Origin: Jimgerdemannia flammicorona
Taxonomy: Eukaryota
DNA length: 39,847 nucleotides
Direction of reading: 5' to 3'
Assembly (NCBI GenBank): GCA_003990765.1
Contig: RBNJ01000133.1
Location: 1 to 39,847 of the forward strand
Shown: piece after piece, positions 24,750 to 36,128 of the stretch
Position numbering within the stretch: position 1 is the stretch's first letter
How the letters are laid out: the number at the start of each line of letters is the position of its first letter
Notes under the pieces: generated by a model
The model's database searches: none
What the model was told of the DNA's origin: nothing
Seen by the model: the letters and a program-made list of their open reading frames with translations, nothing else
Position numbers and translations under genes: made by a program

Positions 24750-25151
24750 ATAGAAAGACAATGGTGTTCCACTGAGCTACAAAGTATAGAGAAATCCTTT
24801 GACAGTATCCAGAGTATAGTTCAGATATACTTGTCATAAATTTTATACTTCAAGGCCTATCAGAACCAAACCAAGTATCAAGAATACTTCAAGTTAGGAT
24901 AGTTACTGAATATATAGTCAGAAATGAGAAAAGAAGACTGGATCAGAGAGTGCTACCTCTCTCATACTCAAATTACAATTACTAAATGAGTTAATAAGCT
25001 ATTTAAAGATGATGAGCCAGCCCTAGCCCATTTCTGAGGAGTAGTTTCAGGAGATTTTAGATATATCAAGAGATACTATTAAGAGAATATAATAATACAA
25101 ATTGTATAATACAAGGAGATACAAATTGTAGAAGCTTGGGAGTTTGAGTGA
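24750..25151 (+). pseudogene. 3' accessory ORF of D (134 codons), same family as the A/C and B accessory ORFs
   Basis: One frame from ATA (probably a former ATG): QEYFKLG*LL...TK*VNKLFKDDEPALAHF*GVVSGDFRYIK...EAWEFE*. Confidence 0.7.
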
Positions 25152-25192
25152 ATAGGATGTTTTAGAGACAAATCATCTATTTAGGAGAAAGT

Positions 25193-25634
25193 TGTGACAG
25201 TTGATCTGAATTAGTAATATGAATCAGAGAAATTAGATATTTGATCATAGTATCTAAACTCAATTCTTGATATAGTATAGCCTTATGAATAGTAGTTATT
25301 TCACAATCAAGAATTTACAGATGTTAAAGTTTTTATAATTATCAAAGATTTAACAGATGTCAAGGATTATGAAAAGTAACTCATAACATAGTCATAACTT
25401 AGCCACCTTATAGCTAGCAACTTATATAAATAACTTAGTATTTTAGAATAAATAAACCTCAGATTGAAATAGTTCAAAGCAAAGAGAAAGTAAAGAAACT
25501 AGTAAGCCTGCAGGCAGATACACTTTGAACTTACTCTCTTGCACTCTGAGAACTCTGCAAGAGTCAGAACAAGTCAAGTTTTTAAGATACAGAAATCTAC
25601 CATACTTCCAAGGTTAGACATCTGTTACATTATA
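25193..25634 (+). repeat. 3' LTR of D (442 bp)
   Basis: TGTGACAG start after the PPT; direct repeat of 19049-19538. Confidence 0.9.
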
Positions 25635-26077
25635 ATATATATAATAAAGATATATTAAATATATATCAGATAAAATATAAATTATCTTAATATTGAATTT
25701 TTGCAAAACTCATCAAGCTAATAATAAGTTTCATTTAATAATTTTAATTTTGATGACTTATTTAATTTGAACTAATATAATCTCTATTATATAAAAGAAT
25801 ATATCTATTTCATTTATATCATAATGATTATATAAAGTATATATATTTAGTTTATACTTATTTAAACTAGAAATACTATTATAGTAATTTATTAGATATA
25901 CTTTTTACCAAAGTTGATATGTATAATTATATCTATATATATGTATGATCTTTTGCTTTATTCTATATTTAAGGGCTAATTTGAGAGTAATTTATATAAT
26001 ATAGATTATATAAAGTGATAGCTTTATAGTATCTATTCTTTTTGAAGAGATGGATATCAGTATTGATATTATTATAT

Positions 26078-27448
26078 TATAACAAACCAAAATGTACCAC
26101 TTAAATTATAACTTAACCAGATGACACAAACAATTAGCATACTTACCCAGCATGATGTGACTTCTAGTATATCATAGTTACTTATGCCTACCACACTTAT
26201 AATTAACCAGAACACTAGATCAGAGTTGTTTATCTGTGTCCTGAGGACACACTCATATCTTGCAGACACACTCATATCCTGTGGACATACCTATATCCAG
26301 AGGATATATCTAAATATTACCAGAAGTAGTAAATCTATAGTTAGCCACATAGTAATCAGATAACAACCACAATGTATAAATTATCCAGAGACAAGAGTGA
26401 ATAAACCTCAGTCTGAAATTCAGAACACATTTCAACTCTAGTTCACTTTCCAATACAAAGAAGAGTCTGAAATTGAAGCAAAAGACAAGTCTGCCTACCA
26501 CACTTCAAGAGGAACTCTACAGTCACTGCTAGGAGATTGTGAGCTTATTTCTCCACTCTGGTCCACTTTCTGATATAAAGCTGAAGATTTGCCACCAAAG
26601 TTCAAGAAAGAACTTTACTGTCTTTTGAAGAGAAATCCTTGGTTCACTTGCCAGATAAGCCTGAAGATTTCTGCCTTTTCCACCATCTAAGAGAAAGTTG
26701 CCTTGCTCAAGCCAGTTTCTGATGCAACTTCACAGTGATCTGTCACACAAATGAAGCCAGTCTTTAACACAACTTTGCCAAGAGACTCTTTCCAAAGCTA
26801 CTGTTTCCAAGTGATTTCTAGTAAGCTGCCAATTCAGGAAGAATCTGCCACCAGTTGTTTGTATTCCCAGTTGAAGCTGCCAATTTAGGAAGAATCTGTG
26901 TCAATCACCATTTTTGAGTTATCTGTATTCCCAGAGAATCTCACCAATTCAGGAAGAATCCATGACATCTGAGTCATCTAAGTTATTCATTTATTTCCAG
27001 TGAGCCTGGTACAGGAGAATCTGCACCATCTGCTATTCCCAGAAGAGCCTGATTCACACCACCTGAGTCATTTCTCAAGAACTATGCTGATTCAGGAGGA
27101 TCTGTGCCAAATTGAGTTATCTGCCAGAAATCACATACTTTTGGAGATCACTACCATACATAAGGAAACCACTCATGCTACACATGAAATTCTACCAATT
27201 TCCAGTTGACCCAGGAAGGAAACCCATTTGCAAATCGCTGCTATATATAGAGAACTGTCCCAATTAGGAAATTGACATACAAATCACTTACAGATATCCA
27301 GATTGACTATTATACCACTAAATACCAACAAGGACCTCAGGAATCTTAGAACATTTTATTACTTTTTGACAAAGTAACTGGGGGCTCAAGCCAAACTACA
27401 TCAACCCCCAATCTTGTAATTTGCCTCTATTGAGCCAGACACATTACA
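26078..27448 (+). repeat. 5' LTR of E
   Basis: Direct repeat of 31615-33003, followed by the tRNA-Pro-like PBS. Confidence 0.92.
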
Positions 27449-28005
27449 TTTGGGGACTCAACTGGGAAGATTTCAAATCGACATGACTTTTCAGCTCACA
27501 AGAACCCACAGTCAAACTGGATACATTTGATATAACACCAATCTCTGCCACTACAGGAGAACCAGTTATCACCAGCATCTGGACAGAAAGAGAAGTAATC
27601 ATATCAAGACTTGTCAACTACCCAGCATCAGAAGGATCCCAACTAGAACCAGAAGGCAGTACAGTCTGAAATCCCCAACAAGACCAACCAGACAACACAG
27701 GTGGCTCTGCTGGAGATTTTGAAGAACTTGCACAAGAACTAAAAGATCTTACTACACAAGTCCAAGATCTTACAGCCAGATACCCCATACAAGTCCCATC
27801 AATCTCACTAATAGAATCTTTACCATGAGCTCTTACAGAGTTAGAAGTAGCTCCTACAAGAATACCTAAGCTTATTCTACTCTATCCAAGGTCCAGAACA
27901 CCATCCTTAGGATACCCAAGCACCCCCATCTCCAGTGACAGCTCAGAAAGCGAATCAGAATCTGAATCTGAACCAGAACCAGAATCTAAAGAAAATGATG
28001 ATGAA

Positions 28006-31000
28006 ATGGCCACCTCATTACCAACCTTTGCAGGATACCTAGAGGAAGACTCCAGAGAATTCCTTGATGGAATTGAAGGAATCACAGCTCTGAGGAATCT
28101 CTCAGATAAAAGAAAAATCACTATCTACAAGGCTCAGCTCAGAGAACCAGCCAGAGGAATTTTCCATTGAACAGCAAATGACCCAAATTCAGAACTGGTG
28201 AGACAGATACAAGCAACAATGTCTTATGAGCTAGAATATGTAGCCATGGTCCACTGGCTCATTGAAAAGTATGCAGGAAATGAAACCTGCCACAAGACTC
28301 AAGAATCCATTATAGGAATGAAGATGAATCTTAGAGAATCACCCAGAGCCTTCTTCACAAGAATCCAGAAGAGAATGCATGCTGCTGGGTTTAACGCCAC
28401 CAACCAGGATATCATAGGTCCAATGACCTTCATGAATGGAATTCCCCTGAATATTGCTCAGCATGTCCACACCTTAGGTATCAGAAGGTCTGAAGAGCAA
28501 GTAGATACAGCCCAAGGATTCTTTGATGTCAGACAAGGAACTACCTGGAGTGATCATGACAAGAAAGAAGATAAAGAAGACATCCTGGTCAAAGCCCTAC
28601 AAGGACTCCTTCAAGGACAAGAAATATCTGAAGAAAGAAGGCCAGTCAAGAAAGGAAAGAAGGATAGAAGTGAAATCCAAGACCTCAGCTCCAAGTTGGA
28701 CCAATTGGTTGGACAGATTGAAAAACTCACCACATGCAAAAATCAGAGCTACCAAGACAACAGAGGATATCCACCACAGAGGAGCCAAGGTTATCCACTA
28801 AGAGATAACAGGAATTACCAGTAAGAAGAAAGAAGATACCCTATCTGAGACAGAGCTCAAGTCCAATGCTTCCACTATAGATAATTTGGACACTATGCCA
28901 CTGAATGTGACAACAAAAGAAGTGACTGAAGGGACTCAGAACCATCAAACTGAAGGAATGATACTCAGTACAAGAAGACTGAAGCCCATCCTGTTGAAGA
29001 TTTCGAGAAAGTAAGCAACAGTGAAGACTACAGTGACCTAGACTTATACCCAACCAAGGTTACCATCTGAAAAACAGTTTACCCAGTAGAGAAGAGAAAG
29101 AGACCTGTAGGAAGGCCATCCAGGAATATCAGCAGAAGAATCATTCAAGAAGAAGATGAAGAACATAAAGAGGAACAAGTAGAAACATCTCCCTGGACTC
29201 CTTCACCTTTTGTCTCTGAGACAAATGAGCTATCACCAGAGGATAAAGAAATGGAACAAGAAGAATGGGAACCTGCTACTTCAAAGCCCAAGAAGAAGTA
29301 CACCCTGAAGACCATGCCTAGAGACATCTACAATGAAGCCTGGTAGAAGATTCAAGAGGCCAAGATAGAAGTCCCTCTCCTGCAGTTCCTACAACTGATA
29401 CCAGCTGGAGTTCAAAACAAATTGCTGAGAACTACCAGATCTAGTACTGGCTGAGTTCCAATCCCACAGCCAGAACCAGTTCCCATCCCTGTCCAAGCAG
29501 CTGAAAGACATGTCAGCATCTACTTACATAGAGATATTGGAGGACAAAAAGTGAAAATCCTCATCGACATAGGAGCAGCTGTCTGTATCATTATCAAATG
29601 ATTCCTGGATACCCTCCAATGGCCCATTGATGGACCATCCAACCTTAGCATCATAGTAGCAGATGGAGCCCAAACTCAATCCCTTGGAGAAGTATGAAAT
29701 ATCACCATCTGCCTTGGACACATTCAGTTCTCTATCCCAAAAGCTATTATCACCAAAGCTGTTACCTATGACATGATTCTTGGTACTAACTGGATGAAAG
29801 AGATGAATGCAGTTGTTGATATTGGTCAACAAGTACTCAAGTTTGACTACTAAGACAAGAAGTACAGAGTTAAGGTGACCAGCTATGAGCAATCAAAGAA
29901 GAAGAAGAAGGTCACTATTCAGGAAGAATATGCCAGCAGTGAAGAGTCTACCACAGAAGAGGAAGAAGAATCTGAAGATGGAAATGACCCCAGAGTCAAT
30001 CCCTAAATTAACCTGGTGGATGATAGACCAGAAGACAATGTATGGGCCAAGAACACCATCCCTATCACTATTAGAGCTATTGCAGAAGAAATCAAAGAAT
30101 GCCCTACCTGCCTGAAGAGACACAAATGTCCCAAGCATTCCTCCAAGATCATGGAAACAAGAAAATCACCTGGCACAGCCTGCCCAGAGTGCAGAAAGAA
30201 GAAGAAGAAATGCAGACATGTTCCAGAAACACCTGCAGCCAAAGCTACAGAAGTGCAAGTAATTTGGAGACAAGAATCATCTGAGGAAGAAGAAGTTCCT
30301 GATCAAGAAGTTCCTGAATAAGAAATACCTGAAGAGGAAGAAGTCCCTGAACTCATTCCCTGGGATGACCCTCACTAGATACCATCTGAAGATGATGACC
30401 CTTGGAATATGGAAGAAGGACCCAGCATAATCACCATTATTCCCAAAAAAGAAACTCACCAAGAAAAGGCTTTTAGGGTAGGAAGATGTCTACACCAAAT
30501 GGTCTTCCACTCTCCTTGAGACTACTACTATCAGTGCCATCTACTAGACCAATAAGAGAGACAGAGACCCCAGAGACTAGAACCTCTGAATACAGTTGCA
30601 CAGTCAACTACCTTCCAAGAAGTTACCACCAAGTTGCAAAGCTGATTCAGAGGACAAGGCCTCTTCACCTAGACAGAAGTATACCCCTTGTCTACTCTCT
30701 CACCAACTTATGATCAAAATGGATACTAATTCCTGAGACAACAAGAGATCAATAACTGGAAATATTATTTCTGAGCAATGGGATATTGCAACCATAGAAG
30801 ACACCCAGACTGCTGAGACTAAAGGCATCAGAAGATCAATCTCAGTCATGATGTTGCTATCTACACTTTGAAGAGAGGAGATAACCAAAGCCAGATCCAA
30901 AAAAGCCAAACCAAAAAGCCAGGAAGAAGGACCCTCAAGATCTATGATTTAGGAGAAGACATCCTAGCTCTCATCAGACATGCAACCTGCCAAGGATGGG

Positions 31001-31514
31001 CAGAGAATGCCACCAACTTCATGGAAGCCCTAGACCCAACAGGAAGAAGAGGAATCAACTACCTCCAAGACCCCTCCACTGGAGCCAGATGGTCACATCT
31101 CAACCTTAGAGCTTGGAGGCTCTCTACTAGTAGAGCTTCAGCCCAAGAACAGCCCGAGCTCAGCAAGGATGTTGCACAGTATGCCCTACTACATCCTAAG
31201 GCCAAACTTCTGACTAAAGCCTACCTGGAAGATATAGGGTACAATCTTCACAGTCTGGAGGACAAATCCATCAAGTCTGAAAAAATATTCATGATCAGAA
31301 CTGGACGGGTCATGCATCCACCTCAAGGAACTTACATACAATTGATCTCAAGGTCTGGACTTGCCAGACAAGGAATAACTGTAGAAGGAGGAACTATTGA
31401 CCCAGAATATATAGGCGAAATCAAGGTCATTCTACACAACAGTAGTACAGAATGGTACTGAATTATTAGATGACAGAAGATTGCCCAAGCAGTCTTCATG
31501 AAGATCAGGACTCC
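28006..31514 (+). pseudogene. E gag-knuckle-protease-Cys/His insert-dUTPase (lacking motif 5), all in one frame
   Basis: ORFs 28198, 30016 and 30868 and the protease LID(I)GAA (~29560) share a frame; SRSGL, GGTIDPEYIGEIKV. Confidence 0.88.
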
Positions 31515-31614
31515 TGATGATGATGGAACAGGTATAGATGTAGAAGCTACTTATACCTATTGGGATGATGACTGAAGAATAGTCTGGGACAGACTACCCT
31601 TCAGTGGGAGCTGA

Positions 31615-33003
31615 TATAATAAATCAAAACATACCATCTGAATTATAACTTAACCAGTTGATATAAACAATTAGCATACTTATCCAGCATGATGTGACTT
31701 CTAGTATATCATAGTTACTCATGTCCACCACACTTATAATTAACCAGAACACCAGATCAGGGTTATTTATCTATGTCCTGAGGATACACCTGTGTCCAGC
31801 AGACACACTCATGTCCTGCAGATACACTCATATCCTGTGGACACACCTGTACCCAGAGAATACACCCAAATATTACCAGAAGTAGTAAATCTATAGTTAG
31901 CCATGTAGCAACCAGATAGCAACCACAATGTATAAATTACCCAGAGACAAGAGTGAATAAACCTCAGTCTGAAATTCAGAACATATTTCAACTCTAGTTC
32001 ACTTTCTGATACAAAGAAAAGTCCAAAATTGAAGCAAAAGACAAGTTTGCCTACCACACTTTGAGAGGAACTCTATAGCCACTGCTAGAAGATTGTGAGC
32101 TTATTTTCCCACTCTGGTCCACTTTCCGATACAAAGCTGAAGATTTGTCACCAAAGTTCAAGGAAGAACTTTGCCACCTTTTAAAGAAAAACCCTTGGTT
32201 CACTTGCCAGATAAGTCTGAAGATTTTCACCTTTTCTACCACCTAAGAGAAAGCCACCTTGCTCAAGCCAGTTTCTGATACAACTTCATAGTGACCCATC
32301 ATGCAAACAAAGCCAGTCTTTAATGCAACTTTGCCAAGAGACCCTTTCCAAAGCTGCTATTTCTAAGTGATTCCCAGTAAGCCACCAATTCAGGAAGAAT
32401 CCGCTGCCAGTTGTTCATATTCCCAGTTGAAGCCACTGATTCAGGAAGAATCGCATCAACTACCATTTTTGAGTTATCCACATTTCCAGAGAACCTTATC
32501 GATTCAGGAAAAATCCATGATATCTAAGTCACCTGAGTTATTCATTTATTCCCAGTGAGCCTGGTACAGAAGAATCTGTACCATCCACTATTCCCAGAAG
32601 AGCCTGATTTATGCTACCTGAGTCATTTCTCAAGAACCATGCCAATTCAGGAGGATCTATGCCAAATCAAGTTATCTGCTAGAAATCACATACTTTTGGA
32701 GATCACTGCTATGTATAAGGAAACCACTCATGCTACATATAAAATTCTACCAATTCCCAGTTAACCCAAGAAGGAAATCTATTCACAAATCGCTGCTATA
32801 CCCAGAGAACTGTTCCAATTAGGAAATTGACATACAAATCACTCACAGATATCCAGATTGACTATTATACCACTAAATATCAACAAGGACCTCAGGAATC
32901 TTAGAACATTTTATTGCTTTTTGACAAAGTAACTGGGAGCTCAAGCCAAACTACATCAACCCTCAACCTTATAATTTGCCTCTATTGAGCCAGGCACATT
33001 ACA
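31615..33003 (+). repeat. 3' LTR of E
   Basis: Follows AGTGGGAGCTGA; ends CATTACA; one extra ~18-bp GACACAC unit relative to the 5' LTR. Confidence 0.92.
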
Positions 33004-34073
33004 ATATATATAACTCTAAAATGAAATATTTAACAGTTATATATATATTTAGAGAGAATAGAGTATTGAGTTTGATAGTTTAACTATTATATAGTATACT
33101 TTTAGAGATCTTTAAATAAAATCTCATAAGTTATATACTGATAATACTGAAGGATCTTCTTTTTAAATAAATATATTTATAGATTATATCAGTAAGTAAT
33201 TTGAATTTGAATTTGATAAAAATTAGCTAAATATACTAATATATAGTCAATTTAAGCTAAAGAATAGCTTATTCTATTAATTTCTATTATTAATTATATT
33301 TATTTAGATAAAATAATAAAGATCACAATATAAAATTATTATTTAGAAATATGTATTTATTATTATTTATATTTTTCATCAAGCTTTCAAAACTTAGAGA
33401 GAATCTAATTATTTATATATTATTATTTATATTTTTTATAATTTAAAGAGAATTTAATTATTTATATAAAGTTCATTTTAATAAATATAATATATAAATA
33501 TACTTACAATCCTCTTTATTTGAATATATCTCTTTTTCATTTTTAATCTTTCCTTATTTATTTATTATAATAGTCTAGATAGCATCTAGTTACTAATATA
33601 TTTCTAGTAAGCTAACTATATTAATTGTTTTGAGAATGTTATCATATTAGGATTTCTATAATAATTTCTCAAATTTGATTTTGATGATAACTATATAAAT
33701 CTAAAATAAATAAAATATAATTAAATTCTATAATATATAAGTGAAAAAAAACTCTTATTATATAAACTTACTACAGTAATAGCAAATACTAATATTCTCT
33801 GATCTAGTATCTTTAATTGACACAATTGGACCAAACTGAATAGTATCTTTAATCTATAATATAGTCTGATATTTGAATATATAAAGACTAGTTAAATAAT
33901 CTCTTTAAATACTATGTTAGTATAAATTCTATTGATTGTATAGTTTTTGACCTTAGCTTATCACACAATGTCTAAGTTTAAAGTCTTACATCATCTCTCT
34001 CCAGTATCTCTTGAGTTACACAACTTTTGGAAAGCAACTACAACATCATTTTTGGAGAAAAGAGACTAGCAAC

Positions 34074-36098
34074 ATGGTGACTAATAGGCAATATGAGGTG
34101 TGTACTGGGCAGGGCAGCCTGAGCGTATTCAACTGGCAGCACATGGAGAGAGGCCCTGGCCTGGGGGGAGGTATGAGGGGGTTGCTGGCAGGTGGACATG
34201 GAAGGGAAGGAGGTGGTAGTAGAGGACAGGGATCTGGGAGGGTGAGCTTTGCTGAGACAGTGAAGGAGAGAAGGCAGATGTCAGGGCTGGAGGGTTGGCT
34301 GAGGAAAGGCAAGGAAATGGAGAAGGTGACAGTACATGAGGGAGTAGCCCTTGGTAGAGAGGGCAGTGGGGCTGGAGGTGTAGTGGCTGGGGGGGGTGTG
34401 ACAGCTGATGGCGATGGGACTGCTAATCTGGAAAAAAATCCAGATATGACTGTAGATGGTGAGGCTGAGCAACTGGGGCTTGGAAGACAAGGAGATTTGG
34501 TAGATGGTGTAATGGACCTGGTGGTGGCACCATTACTCAAGAAATCAATCTTGGCATTCATGGTGACACTGTGCTTCTGGGGCCTAGCAGTGATGGCGAA
34601 AATAATACTGGGGCTGATTGCTAAGCAGGTGGCTGAAGCAGCATCCATAAGTTTTTGAAGGGCCTGGAGAGAGTGGAGGTGGGCTTTGAGGAGGCTGAGC
34701 CTTTGGAGGAAGTGTTGAAGATTAGATTGATAGTTGGGGAGGTATGTATTCCGATGGTACAATGCCTGAAATGGGATCCCAGAGTGGTCCAACTGCTGGT
34801 GAAAGGGGTGCTCACAGTGACGGTAATAGAGACAAGAAAGAGAGTTGAGGAGGTCATGGCAGAGTATGGAGAGGTGGTGGATATTGGATTCAGAGTCTGG
34901 GAGGGGACCTCACTCAGGACTGGGGATGTGGATGTGAGGATTCAGCTGGCAGAGAAGGAGGCCACTGGGAAGGCAAGGGACTGGCCTTCTGGTATGGTTT
35001 GGGGGGTGATCGTGTACAAGGTGATGAGGGTGAAGGGGAGTGAGGAGGAGGAAGAGGACCTATTGGAAGCACTGGAAGAGTTGAGTGGTGTAGTGGAATG
35101 GCAGGCGAAGGCTTGGAGGGCCTTTGAGGAGGTGATGCACTTGGAGGTGGTAGATGAGAAGCAGATTTGAGTGAGCAAGGAGCAGTGGGAATGAGATCAG
35201 GGACATAAGAGACAGAGGGAACTGCTGGCAAAGATGAAGGGTGGGCCTCTGAAGGATACAAGCAGGATGGTGGATATGGGGGGGGGCCAAAGTGAGTGTC
35301 TGGGCAGGTGAGGGAAGTGGGAGTGCTGAGAAGGGAACTGGTGAGAACAGGGAGGTGACTGGCAAGGACCCATATGCAGATGGTATGCTAGAGGTTTGGG
35401 ATGAGATGTGGGAGGACTCCCCTATCTCTACTCCCCTTATCAGGTGGGGCCCAGCTTCCCGAAGCAGGGTGGTGGAGGATGTGCCAATGTGGGGGGCCCA
35501 GTGAGTGCAATTTGGAGTTCCAGTGGCGGTGCAAGGGGGACAGGTGGTGGCAGTTGGTGAGGAGGAACTGGTGGACATCCCAGAGGAATGGGACAAGGCT
35601 GCAAGTGCTGGGGCTGACACCATGATACTGGATGGTGGGAGGCTGGCGACCCCTGGAGGAAAGGAGGTGGGGAACCTACTTTGGATGTACAGGATGATGA
35701 ACAACCTGGTGGCCAAGGAGCTGGGAGAGGTGGATTTGAGGGTAATGAGTAATGAGTATTGAGCAAGGATACTGCAGGGGGAGGAGATGGTGATGGTATT
35801 GAAGGCAGAAATTCTTGTGGTGTATCTGGAGGAGGAGGGCTATGAGGTAGATAAGGAGCAGGAGGCAGAGATGGTGGGAGTTGCAGAAGAGAGGGCTGAA
35901 TACTGCTAGACCAAGCGTCATGGACTACAGCTCTGGCAGGAAGCCTGCCTGGAGTACCGAGAGGAATTCGAGGAGAAGGCAGATAGAGAGATGAATGAGC
36001 TGTTAACCAGACTGGAGGCTCAGGGGGCTGAAGAGGAGGCAGTGACCACAGAATGTAATCTGGACTTGGCACAGGAGGAGATGAATATGGAGCAGTAG
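34074..36098 (+). pseudogene. LINE ORF1 (disrupted)
   Basis: Position upstream of APE; VSFAETVK and RRM-like EYGEVVDIGFRVWEGTSLRTGDVDVRI. Confidence 0.65.
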
Positions 36099-36128
36099 AG
36101 AAAGCTTGATAACACAACATTCTTTATT

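Larger units (their letters stand above)
19049..25634 (+). mobile_element. Full-length decayed Ty3/Gypsy element D with ATAT target site duplication
   Basis: Direct LTRs, PBS TGGTGTCTATTGGCTG at 19542, PPT AGGAGAAAG near 25183, ATAT at 19045-19048 and 25635-25638. Confidence 0.92.
26078..33003 (+). mobile_element. Element E: B-family Ty3/Gypsy with RT-RH-IN deleted; ATAT target duplication
   Basis: Two ~1.38 kb LTRs; internal region colinear with 4159-8040, then jumps near 31514 to the equivalent of ~11428; ATAT at 26074-26077 and 33004-33007. Confidence 0.92.

Noticed and set aside
4711-31514. Stop-codon reassignment or programmed readthrough explaining in-frame stops
   Set aside because: All three stop types occur at CGA/CAR/TGG positions and many differ between copies, which fits C>T/G>A decay.
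1-33003. All five LTR elements share one orientation
   Set aside because: Chance is 1 in 16 and the LINEs lie in both orientations; too weak.
33004-34050. Host gene remnant in the AT-rich spacers (also 11790-12354, 18640-19048, 25635-26077)
   Set aside because: No recognisable motif by eye; probably end-stage decayed DNA, but unidentifiable without a search.
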